Positions 27,499 to 37,046 of a DNA stretch of 64,000 nucleotides are shown piece by piece (the stretch's first letter is position 1; each line of letters opens with the position of its first letter). The notes under the pieces are model-generated. The model did not search any database. It was not told the origin of the DNA and was given only the letters and a program-made list of their open reading frames with translations. The translations under genes were made by a program, and so were the position numbers. Source of the DNA: an uncultured delta proteobacterium (lineage in GTDB: Bacteria > Desulfobacterota > Binatia > Binatales > Binataceae); the NCBI GenBank assembly GCA_963724765.1, contig CAVRVY010000004.1, positions 768,001 to 832,000 of the forward strand, given 5' to 3'.

Positions 27499-27769
27499 CG
27501 TCCGCTGAATATCTTATCGCCGGCCACGATGTTAAAAGAGCAGCCCCCCTTTTGGAGAGCGCCCCTTCCGAATTGTACGGCCTATTGCCCTCTACAACTT
27601 TACATAGACGCTCGCGATCAGCGTGTAAAGCTCAGACGCATATTCGCCGGGTTCGCGGTCGCCCGCTTCGCCGAGCTTGCTGAATGTCCAGGACCGTTAC
27701 CTCCCGCACCCACCGGGCATGACGCTTCTCGCCGGAAACCACGATCCGAAATGGCCACGAATGGCACGT

Positions 27770-27976
27770 TTAGTCTTTCTGGATCATCACCTCGGTCGCT
27801 TTGATCACGGCCGTCACCTTGTCGCCTTTCTTCAGCTTCAATTCTTCGGCGCTGTGCTTGGTGATCACCGCCTCGACCACGTGATCGCCCACTTTCACAG
27901 TAATCAGAGCGGTAACAGTTCCTAACAATACGTCGGTGACTTCGCCTTTGAGATGGTTGCGCGCACTGAGCGCCAT
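27770..27976 (-). CDS. Molbindin / Mop (TOBE domain) protein
   Basis: LSARNHLKG, AVITKHSAEELKL, AVIKATEV; 68 aa; SD GGAGG. Confidence 0.9.
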   Translation of the reverse strand: MALSARNHLKGEVTDVLLGTVTALITVKVGDHVVEAVITKHSAEELKLKKGDKVTAVIKATEVMIQKD

Positions 27977-28057
27977 GGGTTGTTGCTCCTCCCTCATCCC
28001 GCTTGCCAGGCGCAACGGGGAGTTACTGAGAATGCATCTATCTTAGAGTAGCGAACT

Positions 28058-29044
28058 CTAGCCATTAATCAGACGCATGGTCGTTGCCGGGTAGCGATCG
28101 CCGACCGCGGTTCCGCGAGGCGCAGCCTGTTCGATCTTCCGCAGGTTCTCCGCGCTCAGGCTAACGTTGAGCGCATCGACGTTCTGCTCGAGATATGAAA
28201 TGCGCTTGGTGCCGGGAATCGCAACGATGTTTGCGCTTTGGGCAAGCACCCAGGCGAGCGCAAGTTGTCCCGGAGTACAACCCTTGTCAGCCGCTATCTC
28301 TTTGATTCGTTCGACCAGAACGAGGTTCTTGCGAAAGTTGTCACCTTGAAAGCGCGGCGAAAGGCGCCGGAAATCATCAGGCGCGAGATCCTCAAAGCGC
28401 CGAATCTGGCCGGTCAGAAAACCGCGCCCCAGCGGACTGTAGGCCACGAAGCCCACCCCCAGTTCCTCGCAGAGCGCAAGGAGTTGATCCTCAGGCTCGC
28501 GGCTCCAAAGTGAGTATTCCGTCTGCAACGCAGCTATCGGATGAATCTTGCACGCTCGGCGCAGAGTCTCGGGTGCGGCCTCCGAGAGACCGAGATACCG
28601 CACCTTTCCTTCCTCGACCAGCCGGGCCATCGCACCGACGGTCTCCTCAATCGGCGTGTCGGGGTCGACACGATGCTGATAGTAGAGGTCGATTCTATCG
28701 ACCCCCAGCCGCTGGAGGCTCGCCTCACAGGCTTTTCGCACATACTCGGGCTTGCCGCTGATGCTGCGGGTGGCCGGATCGGATCCACGGACAATGCCGA
28801 ATTTCGTCGCGAGCACGACCGCGCCGCGACGACTCCGAATCGCACGTCCAACCAACTCCTCGTTGGTATACGGACCATAGGCGTCGGAGGTATCAAAAAA
28901 ATTAATCCCCAGATCGAGTGCGCGATGAATGGTCGCGATCGATTCCGCGTCATCCCGAGGGCCATAAAATTCGGACATGCCCATGCAGCCAAGTCCGATT
29001 ATCGATACGCGAAGTTCGCTTCGCCCCAGTCTTCTGACGTCCAT
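28058..29044 (-). CDS. Aldo/keto reductase
   Basis: [44 protein letters not shown]. Confidence 0.93.
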   Translation of the reverse strand: MDVRRLGRSELRVSIIGLGCMGMSEFYGPRDDAESIATIHRALDLGINFFDTSDAYGPYTNEELVGRAIRSRRGAVVLATKFGIVRGSDPATRSISGKPEYVRKACEASLQRLGVDRIDLYYQHRVDPDTPIEETVGAMARLVEEGKVRYLGLSEAAPETLRRACKIHPIAALQTEYSLWSREPEDQLLALCEELGVGFVAYSPLGRGFLTGQIRRFEDLAPDDFRRLSPRFQGDNFRKNLVLVERIKEIAADKGCTPGQLALAWVLAQSANIVAIPGTKRISYLEQNVDALNVSLSAENLRKIEQAAPRGTAVGDRYPATTMRLING

Positions 29045-29104
29045 ATGGATGCCTATAACCTAATTCGACCGCCCCTCCCGGGGTGCGTATCGGCTAGCTA
29101 CTTC

Positions 29105-29148
29105 GAAATGCGGTTTAAGTGACGCGGAAATGCAGTTTCAGTTACGCG
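29105..29148. repeat. 22-bp tandem direct repeat upstream of the AKR gene
   Basis: GAAATGCGGTTTAAGTGACGCG / GAAATGCAGTTTCAGTTACGCG. Confidence 0.7.
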
Positions 29149-29218
29149 ACTCGGGGGCACCGGAGGTGTACAGTGGCGTTCCGGTTTCGTCTCGAGGCCA
29201 TTTATTCCCGAGCCAGAT

Positions 29219-29248
29219 GGAAGAGCGCCCTGTTGCGGGCGCCCTTCC
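29219..29248 (-). terminator. Hairpin after the aldehyde dehydrogenase gene
   Basis: GGAAGAGCGCCC-TGTTGC-GGGCGCCCTTCC; no strong U-tract. Confidence 0.45.
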
Positions 29249-29263
29249 TGGCCCGGGAAATCC

Positions 29264-30769
29264 TTACAGCTTAATGTAGACGGTCTTGATCTGCGTATAA
29301 AGCTCGATCGCGTACTTGCCCAGTTCGCGGCCGAAACCCGACTGCTTGTAACCGCCGAACGGCGAGATCGGATCGATCATGCCGTAGCAGTTGACCCATA
29401 CCGTGCCGGCCTTGAGCGCGCGCGCGACCTTGTGCGCGCGGCCGACGTCACTGGTCCACACCGCGGCGGCCAGCCCGTAGTCGGTATCGTTGCCCTGAAG
29501 AACCGCGTCGTTCTCATCCTTGAATGGAATGGTCGCGGCGACCGGGCCGAAGATCTCCTCGCGCGCGATCCGCATGTTGTTGTTCACGTCCGCAAACACG
29601 GTCGGCTTGACGAAGTAGCCCTTGCCAGTGGCCGCCTCACCGCCGACCGTTACTCGGGCCCCTTCCTTCTTGCCCAGTTCGAGATAGCCCTTGACCTTGT
29701 CGAACTGCTCTTTGGAGACCAGCGGGCCCATCATGGTCTTGGGATCGAGCCCGTCGCCCATCGTCATGCCGGCGCTGAACTTGGTGAGCGAATCGTTGAA
29801 TTTCTCGTAAACTTCCTTCTGCACGAAAATCCGCGTGCCGGCGCAGCAGACCTGCCCCGAGTTGAAAAACACGCCCATCATCGAGTTCGGGACCGCCTGC
29901 TCCATGTCGGCGTCGGGGAAGATGATGTTGGGTGACTTTCCACCGAGCTCCAGCGACACGCGCTTGAGATTGCCCGCCGACGCCTTAAGAATGATTTTGC
30001 CCACCTCGGCCGAGCCGGTGAAGGCGACCTTGTCGATGTCGGGATGCTCCGAGATCGAGCTGCCGGCGCCGGGGCCGAAGCCGGTGACGATGTTGACCAC
30101 GCCCTCTGGCAGACCGGCTTCGAGAATCAATTCGCCCAGCCTGAGCGCCGTGAGCGGCGTCTGCTCGGCCGGCTTCAGAATCACGGTATTACCGCAGGCG
30201 AGCGCCGGCCCGAGCTTCCACGACGCCATCAGCAGCGGAAAATTCCACGGAATTATCTGTCCACACACACCGACCGGTTCGCGCAGCGTGTAATTGAACA
30301 TCGTGGGGTCGGACGGATTGGTCTCGCCGTAAATCTTGCTGCACCATCCCCCGTAATAGCGGAAGGTTTCGGCCGCGCCGGCGACGTCGATCGCGCGCGC
30401 CTGGGTCTTCGCCTTGCCATTGTCGAGCGTCTCGAGCTCGGCCAGCTCATCCGCGTGCTGCTCGATAAGGTCGGCAATCTTGAACAGGTAGCCGGAGCGC
30501 TGATGCGGCCCCATCTTCGACCAACCGCCCTCTTCGAACGCCTTGCGCGCCGCCTTGACGGCCTCGTCGACATCGGCCTTGTCGCCCTCGGCAATCAACG
30601 CGAGGACATCCTCGGTGGCCGGGTTGAGCGTCTCGAAGGTCTTGCCGGATTTCGCCGCGACCCATTTGCCGCCGATGAGTAACTTCTTGGGCGAGGCCTT
30701 GAGGAAATTCAATGCGGCGCTGGACCGCACGCCGTTACCCGCCCTCTCTACCGGTGTTGTTGCTGCCAT
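29264..30769 (-). CDS. NAD-dependent aldehyde dehydrogenase
   Basis: IPWNFP, FTGS, LELGGKSP, GQVCCAG catalytic Cys, EEIFGP. Confidence 0.95.
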   Translation of the reverse strand: MAATTPVERAGNGVRSSAALNFLKASPKKLLIGGKWVAAKSGKTFETLNPATEDVLALIAEGDKADVDEAVKAARKAFEEGGWSKMGPHQRSGYLFKIADLIEQHADELAELETLDNGKAKTQARAIDVAGAAETFRYYGGWCSKIYGETNPSDPTMFNYTLREPVGVCGQIIPWNFPLLMASWKLGPALACGNTVILKPAEQTPLTALRLGELILEAGLPEGVVNIVTGFGPGAGSSISEHPDIDKVAFTGSAEVGKIILKASAGNLKRVSLELGGKSPNIIFPDADMEQAVPNSMMGVFFNSGQVCCAGTRIFVQKEVYEKFNDSLTKFSAGMTMGDGLDPKTMMGPLVSKEQFDKVKGYLELGKKEGARVTVGGEAATGKGYFVKPTVFADVNNNMRIAREEIFGPVAATIPFKDENDAVLQGNDTDYGLAAAVWTSDVGRAHKVARALKAGTVWVNCYGMIDPISPFGGYKQSGFGRELGKYAIELYTQIKTVYIKL

Positions 30770-30824
30770 TTAGTTCAGCTCCTTTCCGTTCGATGGCTTG
30801 GCGCCATGGTTGCGAATGCCACTG

Positions 30825-32015
30825 CTACGAATTGAGGCGCGCGATGACCTGCCCCATTCGTGCGGTATCGTACGCACAAAGCTGGCTTACTTCACTAGCG
30901 AAGATGCCGGAGTTTAGCGCGTCGAGCATCGCACGCACCGGGGGCGAGTCGGTCTCGCGTTGCAGGATAACCAAATCATAGCGCTCTTCGCGCACAGGAA
31001 CAAAGCCCAATCCCCAGGCCTCCGCCGCAACTCGCAGCGTCAATCCCGCCTCGGCTTCGCCCGCCGCTATCGCGGCGGCGACTTCGAGGTGGCCGCTCAG
31101 CTCCCGCGTATACCCGACAATCCGCCGCGGCACTATTTTGAGTTCCGCCAGAGCCTGGTCGAGCACCAGCCGCGCGCCCGAGCCCGCTTCGCGGTTGACG
31201 ATCCGCATGCCGGGCCGCGCTAGGTCGGCGATGCTTCGCAGGTCAAGCGGATTGCCGCGGCGCACCCCGAGTCCCAGCTCCCAGCGTGCGAAATTCACCA
31301 TCACGCCGCGCCGGCGCTTGAGCGTCTCGCGCACCGCCGCCAGATTGTACTCGCCGCCCTTGCGGTCGCACAAATGCACCCCGGCCGCATGGACCCGGCC
31401 TTCGAGCAGCGCGGCGAGCGCCGCCCGGCTGCTGCGTGTAAGCGGCGCGAGCGTCGTGGCCGGACGATGGCGTCCCATCCAATCGGCAAGAATGCTTACC
31501 GCCGGATCGCATCCCGCAATCAGAAGTGTCGCGTCGATCTCCTGCTGGGTGCGAAACGCCGCCACGCGCGCATGTCTGCCGGCCACGTGCTCGAGCACGC
31601 CCGCCGCGGCCGCAAGGCGCATCGCCGGCGGCGGCTGCGCGAGCGCGACTAGCCGCCCCCCGACGCGCCCCAGCGCGACCGCAGGGCGCGCCGGCGGCGT
31701 CGGCGCGCCGTGCGGCGCGTTGCGTGCCGCGCTGGCGGAGGCGACCGGCGACGCGCCCAAAGGCGCGTCGCCGGTCGCCTCCGCCCAGTCGGCCTCGAGC
31801 AGCGCCGGCTCGCCGGCGCTGCCGAACAGCGCCTCGACGCTGTGGCCGAGCTCGCGCGCCAGCGCGAGCGCGACAGCGACGCCGGGCTGGTAGACGCCGG
31901 ACTCGATCGCGCTGAGCGCCTGGCGCGAGAGCCCGGCGCGCCGTGCCAGTTCGTCCTGGGTCAGGCCGCGCGCGGTACGGGCGCGGCGTACCATCTCTCC
32001 GCTGTGCTCCGCCAT
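30825..32015 (-). CDS. XRE HTH + PBP_like (molybdate/tungstate-binding) transcriptional regulator
   Basis: N-terminal LTQDELARRAGLSRQALSAIE HTH; C-terminal NREAGSGAR, HLEVA, ERYDL PBP domain as in MoeA-PBP fusions. Confidence 0.82.
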   Translation of the reverse strand: MAEHSGEMVRRARTARGLTQDELARRAGLSRQALSAIESGVYQPGVAVALALARELGHSVEALFGSAGEPALLEADWAEATGDAPLGASPVASASAARNAPHGAPTPPARPAVALGRVGGRLVALAQPPPAMRLAAAAGVLEHVAGRHARVAAFRTQQEIDATLLIAGCDPAVSILADWMGRHRPATTLAPLTRSSRAALAALLEGRVHAAGVHLCDRKGGEYNLAAVRETLKRRRGVMVNFARWELGLGVRRGNPLDLRSIADLARPGMRIVNREAGSGARLVLDQALAELKIVPRRIVGYTRELSGHLEVAAAIAAGEAEAGLTLRVAAEAWGLGFVPVREERYDLVILQRETDSPPVRAMLDALNSGIFASEVSQLCAYDTARMGQVIARLNS

Positions 32016-32088
32016 CTTACTTTCCGCTCCGTTTGTTCCGCCATCATACTTGTCAAGCCGCCCGCATCATGGCATAACTGGCTTCGTT

Positions 32089-33120
32089 ATGAAAATCCTG
32101 AGCGAAACCACCATAACCAAATTCACTGCAACGATTCGACTGTCCCCGGTTCGCGTGGCCCTCGTGGCTGCCGCCCTGGCCGTCCCCATGATGCTCCCTA
32201 CGCAGGCCCGCGCCCAGAACGCGCCGCCCTCGTCCAACGTGGCGCCCGGCACCACGCCGTCTGGTTCCAGCGCGATGACGGTTACGAACCCGCCACCGGT
32301 CTCGAATCCGTCCCTATTGTCGCCGGTGGTGCAGTACTTCGCCGACTGGTTTCCGCGCGTCACGCGCATCCAGAGCGAACAGCCGCATTGGATTACCCCG
32401 TTGGTGACCGTGACTCCGCGCCTGGAAGAAGAGTTTCGCTACGATCAACTTTGGGAGGCGCAAGCGCATGGCAAGGCGCTCGACAACTTCGGCGCCAACA
32501 AGGGCCTCGAGCTGATCCCGTTTGAGAACACCGAGGTCATCTTGGGCATCCCGGGATGGGTGGCTCACAATGGGACTCTCCCGCCACCGCCAAAGAAAGG
32601 GGCGGAGAAACCGGATGTCGACGGCTGGGCCGACGAAACGTTTCTCGTCAAATACCGGCTGCTGTCCGCCAACGAGGAGAACGGCAACTACATCCTGACC
32701 GTCTTCATGGGTTTCAGCGCGCCCACCGGGAGCGACGGCAACAGCTCACGCCATGCGCTCTTCACGCCGACCGTCGCGTTTGGAAAGGGTTGGGGCGACT
32801 TTGATTTTCAGAGCACGCTTGGCATCACGGTTCCCAACGGCGGGATGCAACGCCTCGGAGCGCCGCTCGCTTACAATACCGCCTTCCAGTACCGCCTGTT
32901 CAGGTACTTCTGGCCAGAATTCGAAGTGAACTACACCTGGTGGCCCAACGGCGAGAAGACCGGAGTGAACCAGGTCTTCCTTACGCCCGGTCTGATCATC
33001 GGGCGCATCCCGATCCATGATCGGGTCGGCATGACCTTCGGTGCCGGCTACCAGGTCGCCGCCACGCATCAGCCCACATACAACAACACCGTGATTGCAA
33101 CCGGACGTATCCCCTTCTAG
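32089..33120 (+). CDS. Putative outer membrane beta-barrel/porin, first gene of the Mo/W ABC operon
   Basis: Signal peptide (ARA-Q), amphipathic aromatic strands, C-terminal Phe (GRIPF). Confidence 0.6.
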   Translation: MKILSETTITKFTATIRLSPVRVALVAAALAVPMMLPTQARAQNAPPSSNVAPGTTPSGSSAMTVTNPPPVSNPSLLSPVVQYFADWFPRVTRIQSEQPHWITPLVTVTPRLEEEFRYDQLWEAQAHGKALDNFGANKGLELIPFENTEVILGIPGWVAHNGTLPPPPKKGAEKPDVDGWADETFLVKYRLLSANEENGNYILTVFMGFSAPTGSDGNSSRHALFTPTVAFGKGWGDFDFQSTLGITVPNGGMQRLGAPLAYNTAFQYRLFRYFWPEFEVNYTWWPNGEKTGVNQVFLTPGLIIGRIPIHDRVGMTFGAGYQVAATHQPTYNNTVIATGRIPF

Positions 33121-33138
33121 GCACGCGGCGCAACGTCG

Positions 33139-34074
33139 ATGAAATGCAACCGCAGGCTGCTTTTGCAGCTAGCGATCATGACCGTGACTGGCGTGTTCGC
33201 AGCACTGATCGCGGGCCCGGGCGCCACTGAATCGACGACGCCGCTGCAAGTCGCCTATGCGGGGTCGATGGGCTCGATGATGGACGGCGGATTTCGTCCG
33301 GCGATCGCGAAGGCTCTGGGAGCCGAGCTGCAGGGGCGCGCGGCGGGCTCCACCGGCCTCGCCAATATGATCGTCGCGGGCAGTATCCGACCCGACGTGT
33401 TCATCTCGGTCACCCCGGGGCCGATGCGTATCGTGTTGAAGGCGGGCCAGGCCCAAAGCGCAACTCCGATAGCGCGCACCGAGATGGTCATAGCCTACAG
33501 CCCGAAGAGCCAATATGCGGCGGCGCTGGCGAAGGCCGGCGCTTCCGGCGCCAAGCCGTGGTGGCTGGTGCTTGAAACGCCGGGTTTTCGTTTTGGCCGC
33601 ACCGACCCCAATACCGACCCGCAGGGCTTGAACGTCATTTTCATGATGCAACTGGCGGCGCGTTACTATCATCAGCCGGACCTGGCCAAGAAGATTCTCG
33701 GGCCGCAAATAAATCCGCAACAGATTTTTCAAGAACCCCAGGTGATGGCGCGGCTGCAGGCGGGGCAACTCGACGCGAGTTCGGCTTACAAGACGCAGCC
33801 CGCGGCGCTCGGCCTACCGTTTCTTTCGCTGCCCGGCGAGATTAACCTTGGCTCCGCCTCGATGGAGAAGGAATACCAGCAGGCAAGCGTCGCGCTGAAC
33901 GGCAAGACGCATCGGCCCTCCCCACTCGTCTTCTATGCTGCGGTTCTCAAAGACGCTCCGCAGCCAAAGCTGGCGGCACGTTTTCTCGCGTGGCTGCATG
34001 GTCCTGAGGCGCGCCAAATCCTCGCGCGCTACCACTACGACGACCCCGGCGACGCCAAGCCCCTGGTGCCGTAA
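33139..34074 (+). CDS. Molybdate/tungstate ABC substrate-binding protein (WtpA/ModA type)
   Basis: AYAGSM, GS, DVFIS, GRTDPNTDPQG, WtpA-like layout; followed by permease and ATPase. Confidence 0.8.
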   Translation: MKCNRRLLLQLAIMTVTGVFAALIAGPGATESTTPLQVAYAGSMGSMMDGGFRPAIAKALGAELQGRAAGSTGLANMIVAGSIRPDVFISVTPGPMRIVLKAGQAQSATPIARTEMVIAYSPKSQYAAALAKAGASGAKPWWLVLETPGFRFGRTDPNTDPQGLNVIFMMQLAARYYHQPDLAKKILGPQINPQQIFQEPQVMARLQAGQLDASSAYKTQPAALGLPFLSLPGEINLGSASMEKEYQQASVALNGKTHRPSPLVFYAAVLKDAPQPKLAARFLAWLHGPEARQILARYHYDDPGDAKPLVP

Positions 34075-34084
34075 TATAGTCTTC

Positions 34085-34861
34085 GTGCGATCCCGGTGGT
34101 GGGCCCGGATGGGCATGCTCGCGTTCACGCTGGCGCTGCTCTATCCGCTGGTCGGCCTTTGCGCTCCGGTTGGCCGCTGGCAATGGGACGGCAGTATTCC
34201 CGGCTCGACGGCCTCGTCCGTCAGCGTCTCCCTGGTCCTTACCGGAATCGCACTGCTCTTTGACGTGATCGTGGGCACGCCGGTCGCGTGGTATCTCGCG
34301 CGCCATACCGGCCGCGACAAAATGGTGTGGGAGGCGGCGGTCCTTATCTCGGTGCTGATGCCGCCACTTGCGCTCGGGATTCTGCTCTCGCTCGCCTTCG
34401 GTCCCACGATGAGGCCGGGCGCGTGGCTGCTGCGGATGGGACTGCCGACCGCCAACAGCCCGCTGGCGTTCGTCGCGACCCAGTTCTATGTCAGCGTCGG
34501 TTACTATATCGTTGCAGCCCGCGCCGCGCTGGCGGCCGTACCCGGCGACCTCGAACGGACGGCGGCGCTGCTTGGGTTGCGGCCGTGGCAGGTATTTCGT
34601 CGGGTGACCTTTCCGCTTGCGCGCCTGGGCTTTGCCGCTGCGGTGAGCCTCGCATGGGTGCGCGCGCTGGGAGAGTTTGGCGCCGTCATCGTCACCGCTT
34701 ACTATCCGAGCGGAATGCCGGTGCAAATTTGGATCAATCTGCAGGACGCCGGGATGCCGGCCGTGATGCCGCTGCTGGTCGTGTTCCTGCTCACCGCGCT
34801 GCCGCTCCCGTGGGTGATCCATCTGCTCGCACAGAGGCGCCACGCCGATGCCCACGCTTGA
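34085..34861 (+). CDS. modB: Molybdate/tungstate ABC permease
   Basis: GTPVAWYLAR, MPPLALG, EAA-like loop LERTAALLG, RALGEFGA; start approximate. Confidence 0.82.
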   Translation: MRSRWWARMGMLAFTLALLYPLVGLCAPVGRWQWDGSIPGSTASSVSVSLVLTGIALLFDVIVGTPVAWYLARHTGRDKMVWEAAVLISVLMPPLALGILLSLAFGPTMRPGAWLLRMGLPTANSPLAFVATQFYVSVGYYIVAARAALAAVPGDLERTAALLGLRPWQVFRRVTFPLARLGFAAAVSLAWVRALGEFGAVIVTAYYPSGMPVQIWINLQDAGMPAVMPLLVVFLLTALPLPWVIHLLAQRRHADAHA

Positions 34862-35549
34862 TGCGCATATCGTAAAGGCACGGCATCTGCTCACCGTGGA
34901 TTTGCGCCTGCACCTGGAGCAGGGGGAGCGGCTCGCGCTGTTCGGAGCTTCGGGCGCGGGCAAAAGCACCGTGCTCTCGTGTCTGGCGGGAGTCGAGAAT
35001 CCAGACGCCGGGCGGATTCAATTTGGCGACACGATCTTGTTTCCGCCGAGCCTGCCGCTTTACCGGCGCCCGCTCGCATACCTGACGCAAAGCGATTCGC
35101 TGTTCCCGCACTTAAGCGTGGCCGACAACGTCTGCTTCGGATTGCGCGACCACGAAAGCAACGGCGCAAGCCTGTGGATCGAGGAACTCAAGCAGCGCCT
35201 CGCGCTCGGTCCGCTATGGAACGAATCGGCGCGGCGGATTTCGGGCGGTCAGGCGCGGCGGGTCGCCTTGGCGCGGATGCTCGCGCGGCGTCCGCCACTG
35301 GTGCTGCTCGACGAACCGTTCACCGCCCTGGACCGCCCGACCATCAGCGAACTCGTCGACTCGATCCTTCAATGGCATCGCGAGCTGGGCTTCACACTAA
35401 TTGCCGTCGACCATCGCGCCGAAATCCTGGAGAAGCTATGCACGCGCGCGACCGCGATCGAAGCCGGCCGCGCAGTGCAGGAGGGCACGTGGCCCGAACT
35501 CACGGCCGCACCGGCGACGCCGACGCTGGCCCGTCTGCTGTCAGCCTGA
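34848..35549 (+). CDS. modC: Molybdate/tungstate ABC ATP-binding protein (no TOBE domain)
   Basis: GASGAGKS, LFPHLSVADN, ISGGQARR, LLDEPF. Confidence 0.82.
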   Translation: MPTLDAHIVKARHLLTVDLRLHLEQGERLALFGASGAGKSTVLSCLAGVENPDAGRIQFGDTILFPPSLPLYRRPLAYLTQSDSLFPHLSVADNVCFGLRDHESNGASLWIEELKQRLALGPLWNESARRISGGQARRVALARMLARRPPLVLLDEPFTALDRPTISELVDSILQWHRELGFTLIAVDHRAEILEKLCTRATAIEAGRAVQEGTWPELTAAPATPTLARLLSA

Positions 35550-35585
35550 TTCGGGCGGCTGAGGCCGCCACGGCGCATTTCGCGC

Positions 35586-36161
35586 TCAATCCTCGACAAT
35601 TTGCGGAGGCCGAAAACTTCCGTTTTCGTATTCGAGCAGCACGATTCCGCAGTTGGCCGGTACATGCGCGCTCTCCCAATGTCCAACCAGATGCGCCCAG
35701 CACGTCAGCATCACACCGCCGTGGCTGACGACCGCCAGTTCGCCATCGCCGGCGCGAATCGCCAGCCGCTCCAGGATTGGCGCCACCCGCACTCGAACGT
35801 CTTCGTAACTCTCGCCGCCCTCCGGCCGCCATAGCCACGTCTTTTCGGTCTCGAACGTCGGATCGTCGCGCACCGCGTCGTAGGGCTGTCCTCTCAGGTA
35901 GCCGAAATGGCGCTCGTAGAGGCCGGGCTCGACCTCGACCGGCAGGCGCAGCGCGGCGGCGATTATCTCGCCGGTCTCGCGCGCCCGCGCGTAGGGGCTG
36001 GTGATGACGAGCCGCGGATGGAACAGCCGCGCGAGATGGCGCGCGGCCTGGGCGGCCTGTTCGCGCCCCAAATCGGTCAATGGTGCGTCGGGTGTGGTGG
36101 TGAAGCGGCGTTCGCGATTGCCCTCGCTCTCGCCGTGGCGAACCATTATCAGCTTACCCAT
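35586..36161 (-). CDS. Histidine phosphatase family protein
   Basis: VRHGES, SPYARA, GGES, VSHGG. Confidence 0.87.
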   Translation of the reverse strand: MGKLIMVRHGESEGNRERRFTTTPDAPLTDLGREQAAQAARHLARLFHPRLVITSPYARARETGEIIAAALRLPVEVEPGLYERHFGYLRGQPYDAVRDDPTFETEKTWLWRPEGGESYEDVRVRVAPILERLAIRAGDGELAVVSHGGVMLTCWAHLVGHWESAHVPANCGIVLLEYENGSFRPPQIVED

Positions 36162-36170
36162 CGCAGTCGA

Positions 36171-36953
36171 TCAGGATTTCGTGCCGCCATCGTCGGGCTT
36201 GCTCAAAGCGCGGCGCAAGTTCAAAAAAGGCTCGAACAGATCCATCGGAATAGGGAACACCGTGGTCGAATTGTTCTCGGACGCGATCTCCTTGAGCGTC
36301 TGCAGGTAGCGGAGCTGCAGCGTCACCGGGCTCTTGTTCATAATCTCGGCGGCCTCGGCGAGGCGTTGCGCCGCCTGGAACTCGCCCTCCGCCGCGATGA
36401 CCTTGGCGCGCCGCTCGCGCTCGGCTTCGGCCTGCGCCGCGATCGCGCGCTGCATGTCCTGCGGCAGATCGATATTCTTGAGCTCGACCAGCGTGACCTT
36501 GACGCCCCAGGGCTCGGTCTGCGCGTCGACGATCTCCTGGATGCGCGCGTTGAGCTTGTCCCGCTGGGCCAGCAACTCGTCGAGTTCGGTCTGTCCGCCG
36601 ACCGAACGCAACGTGGTCTGCGCAAGCTGGGTGGTGGCAAAGAGATAGTTGGCGACCTCGGTCACGGCGCGGGAGGGGTCGAGCACACGGAAGTAGAGCA
36701 CCGCGCTCACTTTTATGGACACGTTGTCGCGGGTGATCACGTCCTGGGGCGCGATGTCGAGCGTCACGACGCGCAGATCGATCCGCACCGAGCGCTCGAG
36801 GATCGGAATGACGAAAATCATCCCCGGTCCGCGAAAGGGGGTGAGCCGGCCGAGGCGAAAAACCACTGCGCGCTCGTACTCGTTGAGCACCTTGAGTCCG
36901 CTCAACCCGATCACCACGACGATCACGATGATTACTCCGATTGCCGGTGCCAT
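36171..36953 (-). CDS. SPFH/band 7 (slipin/stomatin-like) protein
   Basis: [47 protein letters not shown]. Confidence 0.93.
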   Translation of the reverse strand: MAPAIGVIIVIVVVIGLSGLKVLNEYERAVVFRLGRLTPFRGPGMIFVIPILERSVRIDLRVVTLDIAPQDVITRDNVSIKVSAVLYFRVLDPSRAVTEVANYLFATTQLAQTTLRSVGGQTELDELLAQRDKLNARIQEIVDAQTEPWGVKVTLVELKNIDLPQDMQRAIAAQAEAERERRAKVIAAEGEFQAAQRLAEAAEIMNKSPVTLQLRYLQTLKEIASENNSTTVFPIPMDLFEPFLNLRRALSKPDDGGTKS

Positions 36954-36970
36954 AGGCCTCCCCCCGCTTT

Positions 36971-37002
36971 TTTCATTGTTTCACTGTTTCACTGTTTCAC
37001 GG
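36971..37002. repeat. 8-bp tandem repeat x4 just upstream of the slipin SD
   Basis: TTTCATTG TTTCACTG TTTCACTG TTTCACGG. Confidence 0.75.
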
Positions 37003-37046
37003 GCGCCGCCGCCCGCCGTTGTGCATCGGCTTGCATAAAAGCCGCG

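Noticed and set aside
27499-27769. Possible ncRNA or Moco riboswitch between mop and msrA (hairpin CTTTACA...TGTAAAG at 27598-27630)
   Set aside because: Lies downstream rather than upstream of mop, and I cannot match it to any known RNA consensus by eye.
28020-29260. AKR segment (and the VOC segment 47940-48548) as further direct-repeat-bounded inserts
   Set aside because: Slightly lower GC, but I found only weak, unconvincing boundary similarity.
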